Positions 4,430 to 7,125 of a DNA stretch of 7,125 nucleotides are shown here, one piece after another. The position numbers were made by a program, and so were the translations under genes. The stretch comes from a virus (taxonomy: Monodnaviria; Loebvirae; Hofneiviricota; Faserviricetes; Tubulavirales; Inoviridae). The stretch is from IMG/VR virus record IMGVR_UViG_2675903606_000001. One strand, given 5' to 3'. The stretch's first letter is position 1; every line of letters begins with the position of its first letter. The notes beneath the pieces were generated by a model, which was given only the letters and a program-made list of their open reading frames with translations, ran no database searches and was not told where the DNA came from.

Positions 4430-5689
4430 ATGAAAAGGAAAATATTAATTATTTCCGCTATTCTTATTTCTTCTTTTTCACATGCTGATTCATGGGAAAG
4501 CATTACTAAATCTACTTTTCAAAGCTCTGCCTATTCTGAAAGTAAGCAAATAACCAACCAAGATGGCACTAAACAAACTGTTTATTATATTGATGCAGCT
4601 ATGCAGGCTTCTGCCTGTCAGGGGGCTAAAGACAGTGCTCAGGGTGTTTTTACTCAGGTTAAACCAACTTATGAGGGAGTATGGCCTAACTCTGAATTCC
4701 GTCTTGTGTTTTCTGACGCTTGTACCTACAGCGACTCTCCGGGCCAGAAAGATAAATACTGGAATTTAACCGCTTATATTATCGGTGATATTCAGCGTTC
4801 TATTCCTGATGAAAAACCCTCCGAGCCTACACCTGAAGAAATTTGTGAAGCTAAACCTCCTGAAGAAGGTGTATTTAATAATGTCTATTCTTATGATGGT
4901 GATCGTTATATTTATTATAACGGTTGTGAATATGAGGCCACTGGCGTCATTGTTTGCCAGGGTGATGGCACTGTTTGTGCGGCGACATGGAAGCCTACCG
5001 GAACCGTAGCCGATCCTTCAGATAAGCCTTCTTCTCCTGCTGGCGATGGTGGGGATACTGGAGGCGGGGATACGGGGGGTGGTGATACTGGAGGAGGTGA
5101 TACAGGCGGTGGTAACTCAGGTGGCGGTAACTCAGGTGGCGGTAACTCAGGTGGTAATGGCTCAAGTATTACCAAAGGAGATATTCAGTCAGCTATTGAA
5201 GGTGCTTCACCTAAAATGGCCAGTGAGATTCATGATAAGTTAACAGAAAAAGACACCTCATCTGATGATAAAAAATCGGCTGATGAACAGACTAAAAATA
5301 ATATAAATCGTCTTGGTGACGCTATAAATAACCTTACTCGCGGAGCCGGACGTTTTGCTGATCCTTCTGGCGGTGATTCTCGTTATGGGAAAGGGGATTC
5401 CGAATTAGACAGTGCTTCAACATTGGCTGAATCCGAATTAGGAATAGCTAAAGATTCTCATGGTGCTTTATGGGAAGCATTCCTGAATAAAGGTGCTATG
5501 CTCCCTAGTTTACCTAATGGTAATGGTTGTTCTGAACTTGTTATTTTCCCCGGTGAAATTTATCAGATTGATATTGAATGCGATAAATTACTTACTATCA
5601 AAGATGCGCTTTCATGGATTTTTTATTGCCTTACCTTCTGGTATGTATTTACGTCTTTAACCTCATTACTTCGTAAAGGAGGTGAGTAA
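4430..5689 (+). CDS. gIII: Adsorption / minor coat protein pIII (419 aa) with internal TolA-binding-like domain and Gly-rich linker
   Basis: True start taken as ATG 4430 ([19 protein letters not shown] signal peptide); the track's 4295 start overlaps gVIII and its terminator. Residues ~137-190 ([55 protein letters not shown]) align with the M13 pIII N1 TolA-binding domain (…CLAKP…NVWKDDKTLDRYANYEGCLWNATGVVVCTGDETQCYGTWVPIG as recalled). Followed by a (DTGGG)4(NSGGG)3 linker and a hydrophobic C-terminal anchor. Confidence 0.9.
   Translation: MKRKILIISAILISSFSHADSWESITKSTFQSSAYSESKQITNQDGTKQTVYYIDAAMQASACQGAKDSAQGVFTQVKPTYEGVWPNSEFRLVFSDACTYSDSPGQKDKYWNLTAYIIGDIQRSIPDEKPSEPTPEEICEAKPPEEGVFNNVYSYDGDRYIYYNGCEYEATGVIVCQGDGTVCAATWKPTGTVADPSDKPSSPAGDGGDTGGGDTGGGDTGGGDTGGGNSGGGNSGGGNSGGNGSSITKGDIQSAIEGASPKMASEIHDKLTEKDTSSDDKKSADEQTKNNINRLGDAINNLTRGAGRFADPSGGDSRYGKGDSELDSASTLAESELGIAKDSHGALWEAFLNKGAMLPSLPNGNGCSELVIFPGEIYQIDIECDKLLTIKDALSWIFYCLTFWYVFTSLTSLLRKGGE
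5042..5164 (+). repeat. Tandem 15-bp repeats encoding the Gly-rich pIII linker
   Basis: Four imperfect units GATACNGGNGGNGGN (5054-5113; DTGGG) followed by three near-identical GGTAACTCAGGTGGC units (5111-5155; NSGGG). The antisense reads as the PPELPPP… shadow ORF. Confidence 0.8.
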
Positions 5690-6030
5690 TGCCTTTATTA
5701 TTAGGTATTCCTGCACTATTGCGTTTTCTTATTGGGCTTGTTCCTTTATTTATTGGCTATGTGGCAAGCTTCCTCGCACGCCTTGCGACTAAAACAGGAT
5801 TGATAGCTGTAGCATTAGTTGCATTAATTACAACAACTGTCACTCTCTTAATGCAATATCTTGCTGAGGTTATGTACAATGGCCTTCCTGCTGATTTTTC
5901 ACATTTAATTGCATCTGTCTTACCAGACCATTTTCAGGCCTGTGTTAATGTCATTATGATTACTCGAATTAGCGTTTTTGTTTTCGATTTAAAACAAAAA
6001 TTCCTTGATTATGCAAACAAGGTGATTTGA
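5689..6030 (+). CDS. gVI: Minor coat protein pVI (113 aa)
   Basis: [14 protein letters not shown]… and …FVFDLKQKF… align with M13 pVI (MPVLLGIPLLLRFL…IFIFDVKQKI…). Strong RBS AAGGAGGTGA; ATG overlaps the gIII stop (TAATG). Confidence 0.9.
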   Translation: MPLLLGIPALLRFLIGLVPLFIGYVASFLARLATKTGLIAVALVALITTTVTLLMQYLAEVMYNGLPADFSHLIASVLPDHFQACVNVIMITRISVFVFDLKQKFLDYANKVI

Positions 6031-7125
6031 ATGACGGTTCATGTCGTAACAGGGAAATTAGGTTCAGGTAAGACACTGGTTAGTGTTGCCAGAATACAGG
6101 AAAGACTAGCTAAAGGCTGTCCTGTAGCCACTAATCTAGATATTAAACTACATAATATGCCCATGGTTGGTCGTTATGCGAAAAAAACACGCGTGATTCG
6201 TGTCCCTGACAAACCTTCATTAAATGATCTGCTGGCTATTGGTGTAGGCAATACTTCCTATGATGAATCACGTAATGGTCTACTGGTTCTTGATGAATGT
6301 GGGACTTGGTTTAATTCCCGTTCGTGGGGGGATAAAGACAGACAGCCAGTTATTGACTGGTTTTTGCATGCCCGTAAATTAGGCTGGGATATTATTTTTC
6401 TGATTCAGGATATTTCGATTATGGACAAGCAAGCACGGCTGGCGCTTGCGGAGCATGTTGTTTATTGTCGTCGTTCAGATAAGTTAAACATCCCATTTAT
6501 TGGTTCTTTCATGAATATAATTTCAGGTGCTCGTTTTTCTTTACCAAAGGTTCACTTTGGTATTGTTAAATATGGTGACAACGTTAATTCAATAACTGTT
6601 GATAAATGGATGTATACCGGAAAGTCATTATATTCCGCCTACAATACAAAACAGGCTTTTACTGATAATTATCCGCATGGTGCTTATTCGCTTTTGCCGC
6701 CATTTATTACACATGGTCAGTTTTCCGTTAACAAAGGGTTTAATTATTATATGCGCCTCACGAAAATTTACTTTCGAAAATCAAACCGATTAATATTAAT
6801 GCTTTCATTTCTGGCATTGGGGCTTGGACTTGGCTTCTGGCTACAATCTGGTAAGAATGCTGATGAGATTTCGGCTATTAAATCTGCTCATGCTGAACAG
6901 GTGAGGGCAGTAACTCCTGACAGTACCAGCGATTTACCGAGACTATCAATTAATTCCTTCTCTCAACTTGGTTTTGATGTTTCCGTTACGTTTGTTGATG
7001 CTAAGGGTATGAAGTACCAGTATTTTGATTTAATTAAAGATGGTTATTCTGTTGATATTAAAGATGCCTGCCGAATTGTTATCAGAAAAGGCCGTTATTT
7101 ACAAAACATCACCTGCCAGGAGTAA
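6031..7125 (+). CDS. gI: Assembly protein pI (Zot-like morphogenesis ATPase), 364 aa
   Basis: Extensive collinear similarity to M13 pI as recalled (VTGKLGSGKTLVSV…ATNLD…GRYAKKTRV…PDKPS…DLLAIG…LLVLDECGTWFNSRSW…DWFLHARKLGWDIIFL…ALAEHVVYCRR…). Walker A GKLGSGKT, Walker B LLVLDE, one transmembrane helix (~aa 254-272). ATG directly follows the gVI stop. Confidence 0.9.
   Translation: MTVHVVTGKLGSGKTLVSVARIQERLAKGCPVATNLDIKLHNMPMVGRYAKKTRVIRVPDKPSLNDLLAIGVGNTSYDESRNGLLVLDECGTWFNSRSWGDKDRQPVIDWFLHARKLGWDIIFLIQDISIMDKQARLALAEHVVYCRRSDKLNIPFIGSFMNIISGARFSLPKVHFGIVKYGDNVNSITVDKWMYTGKSLYSAYNTKQAFTDNYPHGAYSLLPPFITHGQFSVNKGFNYYMRLTKIYFRKSNRLILMLSFLALGLGLGFWLQSGKNADEISAIKSAHAEQVRAVTPDSTSDLPRLSINSFSQLGFDVSVTFVDAKGMKYQYFDLIKDGYSVDIKDACRIVIRKGRYLQNITCQE
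6751..7125 (+). CDS. gXI: Nested in-frame gene XI homologue (C-terminal 124 aa of gI product)
   Basis: Internal in-frame ATG at 6751 giving MRLTKIYFRK…, matching the position and sequence of the M13 pXI start inside pI (MKLTKIYLKK…); includes the transmembrane helix. No strong RBS (AAGGG 13 nt upstream). Confidence 0.45.
   Translation: MRLTKIYFRKSNRLILMLSFLALGLGLGFWLQSGKNADEISAIKSAHAEQVRAVTPDSTSDLPRLSINSFSQLGFDVSVTFVDAKGMKYQYFDLIKDGYSVDIKDACRIVIRKGRYLQNITCQE

Larger units (their letters stand above)
85..7125. mobile_element. Integrated Ff/IKe-like filamentous (inovirus) prophage, partial; left junction in window, right end beyond window
   Basis: Contiguous homologues of Ff genes II/X, VII, IX, VIII, III, VI, I/XI in canonical order on the + strand; divergent XRE repressor; dif-like site at the left boundary; no integrase. 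Gene IV and the right junction are not in the window. Confidence 0.75.

Noticed and set aside
4915-5175. Minus-strand ORF encoding a PPELPPP / PPVSPPP repeat protein (86 aa)
   Set aside because: It is the antisense reading of the Gly-rich linker repeats inside gIII and lies wholly within a well-supported gene on the opposite strand.
4563-5243. Plus-strand alternative-frame ORFs 4563-4769, 4785-5009 and 5046-5243 inside gIII
   Set aside because: Out-of-frame ORFs inside gIII; gIII homology to Ff pIII defines the true frame.
6599-6793. Plus-strand ORF of 64 aa inside gI
   Set aside because: Out-of-frame relative to gI/gXI, which are supported by extensive similarity to M13 pI.
1-7125. CRISPR arrays, tRNA or rRNA genes, tyrosine or serine integrase
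   Set aside because: No regularly spaced direct repeats of CRISPR type, no cloverleaf-like conserved tRNA features and no integrase-like ORF were seen; absence of an integrase fits the dif-like site and Xer-mediated integration.

Overview
The window appears to be the left ~7 kb of an integrated Ff/IKe-like filamentous prophage (Inoviridae) in an enterobacterial chromosome; all calls are from reading the sequence and recalled family knowledge, with no database searches run. Left to right: ~84 bp of presumed host flank; a dif-like XerC/XerD site (85-117) with a perfect E. coli-type XerC arm but an atypical central region; a minus-strand block of three genes, each followed by a stem-loop: an XRE-family HTH repressor (1928-2374), a 140-aa four-helix membrane protein (1407-1829) and an AT-rich 374-aa two-helix membrane protein of unknown function (190-1314). 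Divergent from the repressor across a 171-bp region carrying a 16-bp inverted repeat is the phage operon: gII-family replication initiator with nested gX, a gV-position putative ssDNA-binding protein, then clear homologues of Ff pVII, pIX, pVIII, pIII, pVI and pI (with nested pXI). No integrase, tRNA, rRNA or CRISPR array is visible. The most interesting element is the two-gene membrane-protein cargo between the att junction and the repressor, a candidate undescribed superinfection-exclusion or defence module. Also notable are the lysogeny switch grafted onto an Ff-type virion module and the IKe-like reversed domain order of pIII with a divergent N-terminal receptor domain.
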